A stretch of 64,000 nt of DNA, from contig JBAQNM010000013.1 in NCBI GenBank assembly GCA_049303795.1, positions 2,784 to 66,783 on the forward strand. Reading direction: 5' to 3'. The first letter of the stretch is position 1, and the number at the start of each line of letters is the position of its first letter. The stretch is from Candidatus Moraniibacteriota bacterium. GTDB lineage: Bacteria; Patescibacteriota; Minisyncoccia; Moranbacterales; UBA2206. Position numbers and translations under genes: made by a program. Shown piece after piece: positions 44,892 through 54,608 of the stretch. The notes under the pieces are model-generated. The model ran no database searches, was not told the origin of the DNA, and worked only from the letters and a program-made list of their open reading frames with translations.

Positions 44892-46427
44892 ATGATTAAA
44901 CCAGAAATACTTGTTATTGATTTAAGCTCACAGGTGGCCGACCTTATTAGTCGAACGCTTCGCGAGCTCGGCTATCGCTCAGTTATTTATGGTCCGGATG
45001 GATCAAGAAAATGGCTGGAAAAAAATAAACCCAAATGCATCATTCTTTCAGGTGGAGAGCAGAGCGTTCATGATGTGGATGCACAAGTGCCACCAAAAGA
45101 AATCTTGGATCTCGGCGTTCCCATTTTTGGAATTTGTTATGGCATGCAATGGTTGGCGCATGTGTTGGGCGGTCAGGTTGTTACCAACCGTGATGTTAAC
45201 GATTTTGGTAACAAAAACTATGGCGAAGCACAGGTTGCTTTTAATCCAGTGCATGTGTTTTCTGGTGATTTTGGTGACCATGAACACACAGTTTGGGCCA
45301 GTCATGGGGACAGTGTGAAAGTTGTTCCGCCTGGTTTTCATAAAATAGCCCAGTTCAAACCATCCGGAGTTATCGCTTCAATGTATAACGCGGAGAAAAA
45401 AATTTTGGCAGTGCAGTTCCATCCGGAGGTGAAACAAACTTTAATCGGTCCAGCGATTCTGGAAAAATTTGTTGATCTTTGTGGTTGTGAAAAAAACTGG
45501 TCCAGCGAAAATCTGATTGAAAAAAAGCGATCAGAAATGGTCGATGTTATCGGAGACAAAAAAGCCATCTTGGGTTATAGTGGGGGCGTTGATTCCTCGG
45601 TGACTTGTATGCTGGCTGCTCCAATTCTCAAAGATCGTATGCTTGCAGTTGTTATTGATACTGGGGCTTTGCGGCAAAATGAGTTGGAGGAGATACTGTC
45701 CAATGGTCTGGCATCAAGGGCAAATATTAAATGTGTTGATGATAGTGTCCGATTTTTTGACGCCATCGGGCACACAATTGATGCAGAAGAGAAAAGATTG
45801 GCTTTTCGGGGAGTCTACTTTTCTCGTCTGGATTCCGAAGGGGATGCTTTCGGAGCAAGTTTTTTGCTCCAAGGAACAAACAAGGCGGACAAGGTTGAAT
45901 CCGGCGATGGAGGCTCATCGCATATTAAAAGTCATCACAATACCGGAGAATCAAAACTGCCGAAATATAATCCCCTGGGAGATCTTTACAAATATGAGAT
46001 CCGTGACCTTGCTTTGAAACTGGGACTTCCAGAAAGCATTGCTTTTCGGGAACCTTTTCCTGGGCCAGGATTATTTCTGCGAGTTAACGGTATTCTGGTG
46101 ACAAGAAAAAATACTGCTACGGTTCGTTGGGCGGATTATATTGCACGGGGTATTTTGAGAAAGCATAACATTCATAAAGAAATTTCACAATGTCCCGTGA
46201 GTCTCAATGGTGTTCCGACGGTTGGTATTAAGGGTGATGGACGCGTCTACAAATACTCAATTGTTTTGCATCCCGTTGTTACGTCTGATTTCATGACATC
46301 TGTCGGGTATCAAATAAACCCAAAAGTCAGAAAAGAAATCACACGGGAATTACAGAAGCACCCGGAGATCGTTCGTGTTCTCTATGACGAAGGCGATAAA
46401 CCCCCGGCATCAACCGAATGGGAATAG
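44892..46427 (+). CDS. guaA: GMP synthase (glutamine-hydrolysing). Internal ATG with RBS chosen over the ORF-track start at 44757.
   Basis: GATase GICYGMQ, HGD, HPE; ATP-PPase SGGVDSS; conserved C-terminal dimerisation region. Confidence 0.9.
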   Translation: MIKPEILVIDLSSQVADLISRTLRELGYRSVIYGPDGSRKWLEKNKPKCIILSGGEQSVHDVDAQVPPKEILDLGVPIFGICYGMQWLAHVLGGQVVTNRDVNDFGNKNYGEAQVAFNPVHVFSGDFGDHEHTVWASHGDSVKVVPPGFHKIAQFKPSGVIASMYNAEKKILAVQFHPEVKQTLIGPAILEKFVDLCGCEKNWSSENLIEKKRSEMVDVIGDKKAILGYSGGVDSSVTCMLAAPILKDRMLAVVIDTGALRQNELEEILSNGLASRANIKCVDDSVRFFDAIGHTIDAEEKRLAFRGVYFSRLDSEGDAFGASFLLQGTNKADKVESGDGGSSHIKSHHNTGESKLPKYNPLGDLYKYEIRDLALKLGLPESIAFREPFPGPGLFLRVNGILVTRKNTATVRWADYIARGILRKHNIHKEISQCPVSLNGVPTVGIKGDGRVYKYSIVLHPVVTSDFMTSVGYQINPKVRKEITRELQKHPEIVRVLYDEGDKPPASTEWE

Positions 46428-46568
46428 CCTGAACCTTCCAAAAACAACAACAACTTTAAGAGAGAGGGGTTAATCGTTAATATGATTAGCTCCTTTTATT
46501 TTTGCTAAAGAAAGGTTTTTGGGGTAAGATGAGAATGAGATGGAAAAGATAATTAACTTAATAAATAT

Positions 46569-46814
46569 ATGAAAAAAGAAAATAATAAAGAGGAATTTAG
46601 AGTTTCCGGTGACAGGCTTATTGAAAAGATTAAAAAGATAATAAAAGGGGGGAATGCGCGTCGCGTCATAATCCAAAATGAAAAAGGAAAAACTTTAATT
46701 GAAATTCCTTTGACAATAACTGTTATCGGAGCTGCTCTTGCTCCAGTTTTAGCAGCGGTTGGAGCGATTGCTGCTCTTGTTACAAAATGCACAATTATTG
46801 TCGAGCGAAAGTAA
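46569..46814 (+). CDS. DUF4342-family small protein
   Basis: VSGDRLIEKIKKIIKGGNARRVIIQNEKGKTLIEIPLT...LAPVLAAVGAIAALVTKC matches the DUF4342 consensus from memory. Confidence 0.55.
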   Translation: MKKENNKEEFRVSGDRLIEKIKKIIKGGNARRVIIQNEKGKTLIEIPLTITVIGAALAPVLAAVGAIAALVTKCTIIVERK

Positions 46815-46844
46815 TATCAGCTAATAATTTTTAATTTAAAAAAT

Positions 46845-47009
46845 ATGGAAAAAATTAAAATTGAACAACATGGTTTTACGGCTTTTTCGTGGTTTGCTGG
46901 CTGGCTTTTTACGATTGGATTTCTAAATCTAACATTTATGAAAGCTATAATAGCCATTCTTCTTTGGCCATATTTTATTGGTCAAACAGTCGCTACTTTC
47001 GCTAAATAA
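46845..47009 (+). CDS. Small membrane protein (54 aa), hypothetical
   Basis: Two hydrophobic segments; not in the ORF track (<60 aa). Confidence 0.3.
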   Translation: MEKIKIEQHGFTAFSWFAGWLFTIGFLNLTFMKAIIAILLWPYFIGQTVATFAK

Positions 47010-47015
47010 AAAATT

Positions 47016-47531
47016 ATGAAAGAACTTGAATTGACTTATCTTGCAAAATATATTCCCAAAGGACTTTTCGATTGTTCTTCAAAGAGGATTGTTGATCGCT
47101 ATATTCCTGCTGAAATTTCTCATCCAGTCATTCGACTTAGAAAAGCAGGGAAGAAAATAGAACTCACTAAAAAAGAGCCAATCAAAGGCACTAATTCGTC
47201 ATATCAATTAGAACAAACAATTATTCTCACAGAGAAAGAATGCGCTGTGTTTGAAAAAATTCCTGCCAAAGTTGTTGCCAAGACTCGCTATGATTATCCC
47301 TATCAAAACAGGATAGTCGAAATTGACGTTTTTGAAGAAGATTTATCAGGCTTGGTTTTGGTTGATGTGGAATTTGAGAGTTGCGAAGAAAAAGATAAAT
47401 TTTTGATGCCGGAGTTTTGTTTAGTTGAAGTGACGCAAGAGAAATTTACTGCCGGCGGAATGTTAGCTGGAAAAAAGTTTGATGATATTCGGGAAGAACT
47501 TTCTAGTTTTGGATACGCAGGGCTTAAATAA
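47016..47531 (+). CDS. CYTH-domain protein (triphosphate tunnel metalloenzyme)
   Basis: N-terminal ExExK-like ELELTYL; acidic residues later (EIDVFEED, VDVEFE). Confidence 0.5.
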   Translation: MKELELTYLAKYIPKGLFDCSSKRIVDRYIPAEISHPVIRLRKAGKKIELTKKEPIKGTNSSYQLEQTIILTEKECAVFEKIPAKVVAKTRYDYPYQNRIVEIDVFEEDLSGLVLVDVEFESCEEKDKFLMPEFCLVEVTQEKFTAGGMLAGKKFDDIREELSSFGYAGLK

Positions 47532-47713
47532 ACAAAAAAGCCCTCAATTCAGGCATGAGCGTGTGGGTCCCTTGAAAAAATTATCGGAAAAAAATATTTT
47601 TCCCATGAATCCAGGTGGGTCCCAATTTTTCACTCTACTTTCATGAAGGCTTCTTTCTCAAGTATAATATAGTTTAAGAAATAGTTCAAAATTAATTTAT
47701 TTATTTTTGTAAT

Positions 47714-48040
47714 ATGAGAAAAGTACGAATTGTGATTTCTGTTTTGTTGGTAGTATTGGTTATTTTTGGAGTTATAGTTTATAGCTCAAGAAAAAAAGAA
47801 AATTCACAATCAAATGAAAAGATAATAAAATTAACAGAGACTCAGGCACGAGTGATTGCTGAAAAGGCCTGCATTAAAGGAGGAGAGGCGCTTGGTGCGG
47901 GAACATATAATGAAAATGCAAAAGTATGGTTATTTAGCGCTAATTTAAATGCTACTCGCGAAGGCTGTAAATCTGTATGTGCGGTAAGCGAAAAAACGGA
48001 AACCGCTATAATTAATTGGCAGTGTGCTGGTTCAAAATAA
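47714..48040 (+). CDS. Small secreted Cys-containing protein
   Basis: Signal/TM at the N-terminus; 4 Cys. Confidence 0.4.
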   Translation: MRKVRIVISVLLVVLVIFGVIVYSSRKKENSQSNEKIIKLTETQARVIAEKACIKGGEALGAGTYNENAKVWLFSANLNATREGCKSVCAVSEKTETAIINWQCAGSK

Positions 48041-48048
48041 TAATAAAA

Positions 48049-48345
48049 ATGAACTTATCCAATCAATTAATTGGCGTTATAATTTTTTTCTTAGCAATGA
48101 ATTTGCTAGCTTTTTTTGTAATGATGTTTGATAAAATTAAATCACGAAAAAATAATACGGAGAGGATTTCGGAAGGGATATTGTTTTTTATGGCCGCAGC
48201 TTTTGGCAGTCTTGGTGTTTATGCTGGAATGTTTACTTTCAGACATAAAACTAGAAAGTGGTATTTTTTTATTGGAATTCCACTGCTTATCATTCAAAAT
48301 TGTGCCTTTTTGTATCTGGTATATATTTTTTTAAATAAGGAATAA
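48049..48345 (+). CDS. DUF1294 membrane protein
   Basis: ILFFMAAAFGSLGVYAGMFTFRHKTRKWYF matches the DUF1294 core. Confidence 0.55.
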   Translation: MNLSNQLIGVIIFFLAMNLLAFFVMMFDKIKSRKNNTERISEGILFFMAAAFGSLGVYAGMFTFRHKTRKWYFFIGIPLLIIQNCAFLYLVYIFLNKE

Positions 48346-48404
48346 TTTAGCTAAAAATCTATCGCGATTATCTTTTTTACTAGAATTTGAATAAAAATTA
48401 AGTT

Positions 48405-48656
48405 ATGACTTATTATCTTTATATCCTAAGATGCGTCGACAAAACTCTCTACACGGGAATCACTACTGATTTGGAGCGTCGGATTTTAGAGCATAATGAA
48501 AAAAAGCTTGGAGCGAAATATACCGCCTCGCGCCGCCCGGTGAGGTTGGTATATTCCAAGGAATTTAAAAGTCGTTCAGCGGCTTCCAAGGAAGAAATGC
48601 GTATTAAAAAGTTAAAAAGAGTGCAAAAATTAGATTTGATTAAAAAATTTAAATAA
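48405..48656 (+). CDS. GIY-YIG nuclease-family protein (YhbQ/UPF0213-like)
   Basis: YLYILRCVDKTLYTGITTDLERRILEHN ... KYTASRRPVRLVY. Confidence 0.75.
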   Translation: MTYYLYILRCVDKTLYTGITTDLERRILEHNEKKLGAKYTASRRPVRLVYSKEFKSRSAASKEEMRIKKLKRVQKLDLIKKFK

Positions 48657-48662
48657 AAAATT

Positions 48663-49058
48663 ATGAACAATTACAACTGGTATTCACAATTAATCAAGCC
48701 GTCCTGGTCTCCGCCAGCTTGGGTTTTTGGTCCTGTTTGGACATTTCTCTATGTTTTGATTGCTATTTCATTCAGCAAGGTTTTCTGGATGTTTTTTAAA
48801 AAACAGATTCCATTTTTAGTTGTTTTGCCATTTATCCTAAATCTCATTTTCAATTTTTCTTTTACCCCAATTCAGTTTGGGCTTAAGAGTAATATTTTGG
48901 CAGCAGTTGATATTCTGCTGGTTCTCGGTACGCTTATTTGGTTAATGATAGCGATTTATCCGCATTCACGCTGGATAACTTATATTCAAATCCCATATCT
49001 TATCTGGGTAACATTTGCAACAGTTTTGCAACTCATAATTACATATTTAAATAGATAA
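48663..49058 (+). CDS. tspO: TspO/MBR tryptophan-rich sensory protein
   Basis: LIKPSWSPPAWVFGPVWTFLY signature; 5 TM. Confidence 0.8.
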   Translation: MNNYNWYSQLIKPSWSPPAWVFGPVWTFLYVLIAISFSKVFWMFFKKQIPFLVVLPFILNLIFNFSFTPIQFGLKSNILAAVDILLVLGTLIWLMIAIYPHSRWITYIQIPYLIWVTFATVLQLIITYLNR

Positions 49059-49132
49059 TTAAATAAAAATATATTTATTTAAGGTATGATTAGTTGCTCT
49101 TCCAGTATGTTTTATTAGAGAAAAATAAGTCT

Positions 49133-49546
49133 TTAATGCAGACCATTCTTTTTGAAACAGTCTATATATTTTCTGTCTTGATTTGCGAGATGATCTACTA
49201 ACCAATTTTCCAAAAAATCAAAAAGCTCTGCAAGGATATCATAAATTTTTTCTGGATGGTTTTGGTAGTGTTTTTTAAATTCCCTTGCTTTTTTAAGTAA
49301 TTTTTTATGTTCTTTTTTGTGCTCATCAGCTAGCTCATAATGAAACAAATCAAAGTATTCTTCTTCAGTTTTGAAATGTAAAACAGCATAATCATCAAGT
49401 TTTACAAATAGCTCCTGAATTTCACTTGCTGATTTTTTATGAAGTATTGTATCATAAAGCTCATTCAAGAGTTCAATGAAATATTTATGTTGATTATCAA
49501 TTTCTTCTACTTGAACACCGTATTCTTCATTCCATGGAATTGGCAT
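49133..49546 (-). CDS. Hemerythrin-like (bacteriohemerythrin)
   Basis: W.EEYGVQVEEIDNQHKYF and later H/E ligand pairs (HFKTEEEYF, EHKKEH). Confidence 0.7.
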   Translation of the reverse strand: MPIPWNEEYGVQVEEIDNQHKYFIELLNELYDTILHKKSASEIQELFVKLDDYAVLHFKTEEEYFDLFHYELADEHKKEHKKLLKKAREFKKHYQNHPEKIYDILAELFDFLENWLVDHLANQDRKYIDCFKKNGLH

Positions 49547-49669
49547 ATATTTTTTTTACTTTTTAATTATTACTAACTTATTCTAGCATAAATTTATAAT
49601 TAAAGATAAAATTTTTTGACTGTAGTCTAAAATTAACATAGAATAAAATTTGATTGGAATGAAGTAAAA

Positions 49670-50101
49670 TTGATTAGAACTATGTATAATTTAAAATCGA
49701 ACAAGCTATTTAAGATTAGCAAAGAAGAATTTGAAAGAATTGTAGCAGAAGGCATTGATGCTATTCCGGAAATATTTTTAAAAAAGTTGGATAATGTGGC
49801 GGTTTTTATTGAGAGTGAACCTAATTTAGCACAAAGAAAAAAACTAAAACTACGAAAAAATTGGACACTCCTAGGGTTATATGAAGGTGTGCCACAGACA
49901 GCTCGCGGAGCTCATTATACAAATATAGTACCGGATAAAATAACAATTTTTCAAAAACCAATTGAAGAAAGTGCGCATGATATTGATGATGTTAGGGAAA
50001 TTGTAAAAAACACAGTTTGGCATGAAATTGCACATCATTTTGGCATGGATGAAGGTCAAGTTCGAAGTGCTGAGGCAAGAAGGAAGTCAAAGAAATTTTA
50101 G
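49670..50101 (+). CDS. Zincin-like metallopeptidase (DUF1025/MMP-like minimal domain)
   Basis: C-terminal HEIAHHFGMDE HExxH motif. Confidence 0.6.
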   Translation: MIRTMYNLKSNKLFKISKEEFERIVAEGIDAIPEIFLKKLDNVAVFIESEPNLAQRKKLKLRKNWTLLGLYEGVPQTARGAHYTNIVPDKITIFQKPIEESAHDIDDVREIVKNTVWHEIAHHFGMDEGQVRSAEARRKSKKF

Positions 50102-50186
50102 TAGATTTTTTATAATTGAATGTATGAGCAAAATTATTTTATTAGCGGTACTTACGGGGTAGGGAAATCTATTAAAAAAATGTTTC

Positions 50187-50241
50187 AAGAAAAAAATAGT
50201 GCTATAATAGATATATCAAACTTGATACCGGAGGAGGTGGC
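50187..50241 (+). repeat. Repeated promoter/leader cassette, copy A (extended -10 TGCTATAAT; GGAGGAGGTGG box)
   Basis: 55 nt, ~90% identical to 52145-52199; TATAAT at 50204-50209. Confidence 0.55.
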
Positions 50242-50278
50242 TGACAAGTTGGCTGATTAATTACTAAATAGTGAATTA

Positions 50279-50935
50279 TTGATTTTTATGAGAGCATACA
50301 AAGAAATTCCATTTTTTTCAAATACTGCTGATGATAAACATTGTTTTCAAGCATCTTTGAAGATGATTATGAAATATTTTTGGCCGAGCGAGGATTATTC
50401 TTGGAAAGAGCTTGAAAAAATAACTGCAAAAATTCCCAGACTTTGGACTTGGCAAATGGCGGGATTGATTTGGCTTCAAGAAAAAGGCGTAGAAGTGAAA
50501 AACATTGAAATGTTTGATTATGAAAAGTTTATTCAATTGGGCGGAAAATATTTAATAGAAGAATATGGGGAAGAAGTTGGCAAAAGGCAAATAGAAAATA
50601 GCGACATTGAGCAAGAAAAGAAGTTGTCGAAAAAATTTATTGAAATAATTAATACTGAGAGAAGAATTCCAAATATAGATGATATAAAGCAATTGTTGTT
50701 GGATGATTACTTGATTATTACAAATATAAATTCCAGGATATTAAATAATAGGTATGGATATACTGGGCATTCTGTGGTTCTGAAAGGTTTTAGTGGGGAA
50801 GAATTTATTATAAATGATCCAGGTGGAGCTCCTGGGATAGAAAATCGCAAAGTTGATTTTGAATTATTTGAAAAGGCCTGGGGTTATCCGAATGAAAAGG
50901 CAAAAAATATAATGGCGTTTAAATTAAAAAAATAG
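50279..50935 (+). CDS. Papain-like (C39-like/BtrH-like) cysteine peptidase; tentative
   Basis: Candidate catalytic Cys (DDKHCFQASLKM) and His (GHSVVLKG). Confidence 0.35.
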   Translation: MIFMRAYKEIPFFSNTADDKHCFQASLKMIMKYFWPSEDYSWKELEKITAKIPRLWTWQMAGLIWLQEKGVEVKNIEMFDYEKFIQLGGKYLIEEYGEEVGKRQIENSDIEQEKKLSKKFIEIINTERRIPNIDDIKQLLLDDYLIITNINSRILNNRYGYTGHSVVLKGFSGEEFIINDPGGAPGIENRKVDFELFEKAWGYPNEKAKNIMAFKLKK

Positions 50936-50952
50936 CTTAACTATGTAATAAT

Positions 50953-51549
50953 ATGAACATCCAAGAATTTAAAAATTATTTAAATGAAAAAGACAAAAAA
51001 TATGTCATTTTTGATTTTGACCAAACACTGGCTACTTTGCTTATTGATTGGTCCACTTGGGGAGAAAAAATGAAAGAAATTTTTTCGTCTTATGGTATTG
51101 ATTTCGATTCTAGGAAAAGTGAATACAGCAAATACGCCGAAATTCAAAATTATTGCATTGAAAAATATGGAGATGAAGCGGAAAAAATATTTTTAGAAAT
51201 GAATCATAGACATGAGAAAGAATATTATCGTGGATATGATTTATTGCCGGCTACTCTGCCTATTTTGGATTCAATTAAAAATAATGCGAAGCTTTATCTC
51301 TGGACATCTAATAGCGCAAGAACGATTGCGCCAATACTTGAAGAATTAAAAATCGATAAGTTATTTAGCGGAATTATCACTCGCAATGATGTGAGATATA
51401 TCAAACCCAATCCAGAAGGTTTTTTTTTGATCTATGATAAAAATATTCCAAAATCACAGTATCTTTTTATTGGAGACAGCCTTGCGGATATTGGTGCCGG
51501 AATAAATTCCGGGATTGATTTTATAAATATAGCGGAATTTAAATTATGA
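50953..51549 (+). CDS. HAD-superfamily hydrolase
   Basis: Motif I FDFDQTL (DxDxT); later KPNPE and GDSLADIGAG. Confidence 0.7.
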   Translation: MNIQEFKNYLNEKDKKYVIFDFDQTLATLLIDWSTWGEKMKEIFSSYGIDFDSRKSEYSKYAEIQNYCIEKYGDEAEKIFLEMNHRHEKEYYRGYDLLPATLPILDSIKNNAKLYLWTSNSARTIAPILEELKIDKLFSGIITRNDVRYIKPNPEGFFLIYDKNIPKSQYLFIGDSLADIGAGINSGIDFINIAEFKL

Positions 51550-51557
51550 AAAATTAA

Positions 51558-52157
51558 ATGAACAAAAAAGATCAAACAATTGATACTTACAATAAAAGCG
51601 CCTCATCTTTAGCTGATAGATTTAATAAATTTGGCGTAAGAATCAATGATGTTAAAGAGGGTTTTTCGTATATTTCGAAGAAAAATCCATTTGTTTTAGA
51701 AATTGGTTGCGCCAATGGAAGGGATGCGAAAGAAATATTAAAATATACCAATAATTATTTAGGGATTGATATTTCAGAAGAGTTGATTAAAATTGCCAAA
51801 CAAAATATATCAAAAGGAAAATTCAAAGTAGCTGATGTTGAAGATTATATTTTTCCTAAGAATATCGACATGATATTTTCTTTTGCTTCACTCATACATT
51901 CAAATAGAAATAATCTCCAAAAAATATTAAACGAAGCGCATGAATCCTTGAATGTGGGAGGGATTTTTTATATTTCAATGAAGTATGGCGAATATCAAGA
52001 ATCAACCAAGGAAGACGAATTTGGAATAAGAACTTATTATTTTTATACTTCAGAAGATATTAGGAAAATTATTGGCAGTAGTTATGAAATTATTAGGGAA
52101 AATGTTTATGATTTACGAGGGCAAGACTTGATATCAATAATATTAAGAAAAAAATAG
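51558..52157 (+). CDS. Class I SAM-dependent methyltransferase
   Basis: Motif I VLEIGCANGRD, acidic motif II, NVGG. Confidence 0.7.
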   Translation: MNKKDQTIDTYNKSASSLADRFNKFGVRINDVKEGFSYISKKNPFVLEIGCANGRDAKEILKYTNNYLGIDISEELIKIAKQNISKGKFKVADVEDYIFPKNIDMIFSFASLIHSNRNNLQKILNEAHESLNVGGIFYISMKYGEYQESTKEDEFGIRTYYFYTSEDIRKIIGSSYEIIRENVYDLRGQDLISIILRKK

Positions 52158-52199
52158 TGCTATAATAGATACATCGCACTTGACGCCGGAGGAGGTGGC
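52145..52199 (+). repeat. Repeated promoter/leader cassette, copy B
   Basis: ~90% identical to 50187-50241; TATAAT at 52161-52166. Confidence 0.55.
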
Positions 52200-52240
52200 G
52201 GGGGAAGTTGTTAATTTAATTATTAAGTAAAAATAAGCTC

Positions 52241-52909
52241 ATGCATAAATTTCATGAAGATCCGTATTTAAAAGAAATTAAAACTACTATCACTGGAATA
52301 TTTAACGAAAATGAAAAAAATTGTGTTCAGGTCGCAGAGAATATTTTCTATCCTCAGGGTGGTGGGCAAAAAGGTGATAGAGGTAAATTGATTATTGACG
52401 GTATGAGTTATGATGTTGTGGATACTATAAAAGACGCATATAATGAAGATGGAATTTTGCTTATAACGGCTGAAAAAATTCCAGATGATGCGAAAGGAAA
52501 AACAATTGATTGTAAGCTTGATTGGGAATTTCGCAATAAACAAATGAAATTGCATACAGCAGTTCATTTACATCATTGTTTATTGGAAAAAACTACTGGC
52601 AAATCATTGCCATTTCCTAAAGTTTCTGCTATTCAGGATGGTTTTGCCTTTAATCGATATGAAAGCGATGAAATTACGCCTGAGCTTGTTGAAAAAACTA
52701 ATCAAGTTTTTTGTGAGATGATTGCCTCAGGAGCGGAGGTAAAAACCTATCCAGATACTAAAAAGAAAGAGTTTCGCTTTTGGGAATGTTTAGGATATAA
52801 AATTCCTTGCGGTGGAACACATGTCAAAAATATTTCTGAAATAGGTAATGTTGAAATCGCATATAATAAAAAGAAAGGTATGCCGACTGTGAATATTAAA
52901 TTAAAATAA
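52241..52909 (+). CDS. AlaX-like alanyl-tRNA editing protein (tRNA_SAD domain)
   Basis: HxxxH (HTAVHLHHC) and CGGTHV zinc motifs. Confidence 0.7.
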   Translation: MHKFHEDPYLKEIKTTITGIFNENEKNCVQVAENIFYPQGGGQKGDRGKLIIDGMSYDVVDTIKDAYNEDGILLITAEKIPDDAKGKTIDCKLDWEFRNKQMKLHTAVHLHHCLLEKTTGKSLPFPKVSAIQDGFAFNRYESDEITPELVEKTNQVFCEMIASGAEVKTYPDTKKKEFRFWECLGYKIPCGGTHVKNISEIGNVEIAYNKKKGMPTVNIKLK

Positions 52910-52923
52910 AAAATAACCTAATT

Positions 52924-53625
52924 ATGAAAATAGGATTTTCGACTGGGGATTTATTTGAAACTGATTTTCCCTTACAAAAAGCATTAGATAATCTGCGGTC
53001 TATTGGAGCTAACGCAATAGAGCTTAAGGTTGGTTTTGAATATGAAAAATTTTTAAGAGAAATAGACAATTTAGATTTTTCTGGTTTTGAGATCATTTCT
53101 ATTCATGGCCCGAAATTTTCAAGAGATAGAAACGTTATTCCGAAAGATGTAATTGATGCAATTAGTAGGATTAATGAAAAAATTTCTTTGGATTGGGTGG
53201 TTTTCCATCCGGATGAAATTTCAGACTGGGAAATGTTGAAAGATTGCAATTTTAATGTAGCAATTGAAAATAACGATTGGCGAAAAAAAATTGGGAAAAA
53301 TGTTGAAGATTTGGAGGAAATTTTTTCAAAAAATGATATTAAATTTATTTTAGACGTAAATCATTGTTTTACCAATGACAAATCAATGCAATTGGCAGAA
53401 AAAATGGCAACAAGTTTCCATAGTAGATTGTGCGGAGTTCACTTGAGCGGTTTTGAAACGGAAGCTCGTGATCATGAGCCAATGTATCTAACTAAGCAAA
53501 AAGAAATACTAGCCGCTGTTCCAAAAAATTTGCCAATCATAATCGAAAGTTTCAGGAGCGCCTATAAAGATTTAAATGAGGCAAAAAAAGAATTGCAATA
53601 TATATTAGAAAATTTAAATAAATAA
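52924..53625 (+). CDS. Sugar phosphate isomerase/epimerase-like TIM-barrel protein
   Basis: Xylose-isomerase-like pattern (AIELK..., HPDE, acidic/His ligands); 233 aa. Confidence 0.45.
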   Translation: MKIGFSTGDLFETDFPLQKALDNLRSIGANAIELKVGFEYEKFLREIDNLDFSGFEIISIHGPKFSRDRNVIPKDVIDAISRINEKISLDWVVFHPDEISDWEMLKDCNFNVAIENNDWRKKIGKNVEDLEEIFSKNDIKFILDVNHCFTNDKSMQLAEKMATSFHSRLCGVHLSGFETEARDHEPMYLTKQKEILAAVPKNLPIIIESFRSAYKDLNEAKKELQYILENLNK

Positions 53626-53643
53626 TAATTAAAAAAATATTTT

Positions 53644-54564
53644 ATGGATTGGATATCAATCATCCTCGCGATTGGTGGTTTAAGTTTATTTGAAATTATT
53701 TGCAGTATTGATAATGCGATTATCAATGCGGAAGTTTTGTCCACGATGGGTAAGAAGGCGCGTCGGTGGTTTTTGCTTTGGGGATTATTTTTTGCAGTTT
53801 TTGTGGTGCGGGGACTTCTGCCATGGATGATTGTTTGGGGCGCCACGCCGAAATTAGGATTTTTTGGATCACTCACAGCAACATTTAGCAATGATCCGAA
53901 AGTTATTGAGGCGATTGAAATGTCTGCCCCAATTCTTTTGGCAGGTGGCGGAACTTTTCTCGTTTTCCTATTTTTCCATTGGCTTTTTATTGAACCGAAA
54001 AACTATGGCCTGAAAGGTGAGAGATTTTTCCATTCGCAGGGAATTTGGTTTTATGCGGTTGTGTCAATTCTGCTTACGACAATAGTTTGGTTTTCGATGA
54101 AAGTTAATCCGATGATGGCTTTTGGTGCAGTGGTTGGTTCGACAGCTTTTTTCATCACTCATGGTTTCAAGCAAAATGCTGAACAGCGAGAGAAGCAGTT
54201 AATGGATAATAAGCAAAATTTGTCTGATATAAGCAAGATTTTATATCTGGAAGTGATTGATGCGACTTTTTCCATCGATGGCGTGTTAGGGGCTTTTGCT
54301 TTCACATTATCTGTACCGCTTATTATCATAGGAAACGGATTGGGCGCCTTAGTGCTTCGCCAACTTACAGTCGGAAATATTGATCGAATCAAAAAATACG
54401 CCTACCTTAAAAATGGAGCGATGTATTCAATTTTATTTCTAGGCACGATTATGCTTATGGATAGTTTTGGAGCGCATATTCCTAGCTGGGTTTCTCCTTT
54501 GATGACTTTTACGGTAGTGGGATATTTTTTTTGGAAATCGAAATTAGAATTAAGCAAGGTGTAA
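53644..54564 (+). CDS. DUF475/TerC-like integral membrane protein
   Basis: Repeated membrane modules; SIDNAIINAEVL matches the DUF475 start. Confidence 0.55.
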   Translation: MDWISIILAIGGLSLFEIICSIDNAIINAEVLSTMGKKARRWFLLWGLFFAVFVVRGLLPWMIVWGATPKLGFFGSLTATFSNDPKVIEAIEMSAPILLAGGGTFLVFLFFHWLFIEPKNYGLKGERFFHSQGIWFYAVVSILLTTIVWFSMKVNPMMAFGAVVGSTAFFITHGFKQNAEQREKQLMDNKQNLSDISKILYLEVIDATFSIDGVLGAFAFTLSVPLIIIGNGLGALVLRQLTVGNIDRIKKYAYLKNGAMYSILFLGTIMLMDSFGAHIPSWVSPLMTFTVVGYFFWKSKLELSKV

Positions 54565-54569
54565 AATAA

Positions 54570-54600
54570 AAAAACACTCGCAGACGCGAGTGTTTTTTTA
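54570..54600. terminator. Bidirectional intrinsic terminator
   Basis: A7-CACTCGC-AGAC-GCGAGTG-T7. Confidence 0.65.
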
Positions 54601-54608
54601 TTAGTTTG

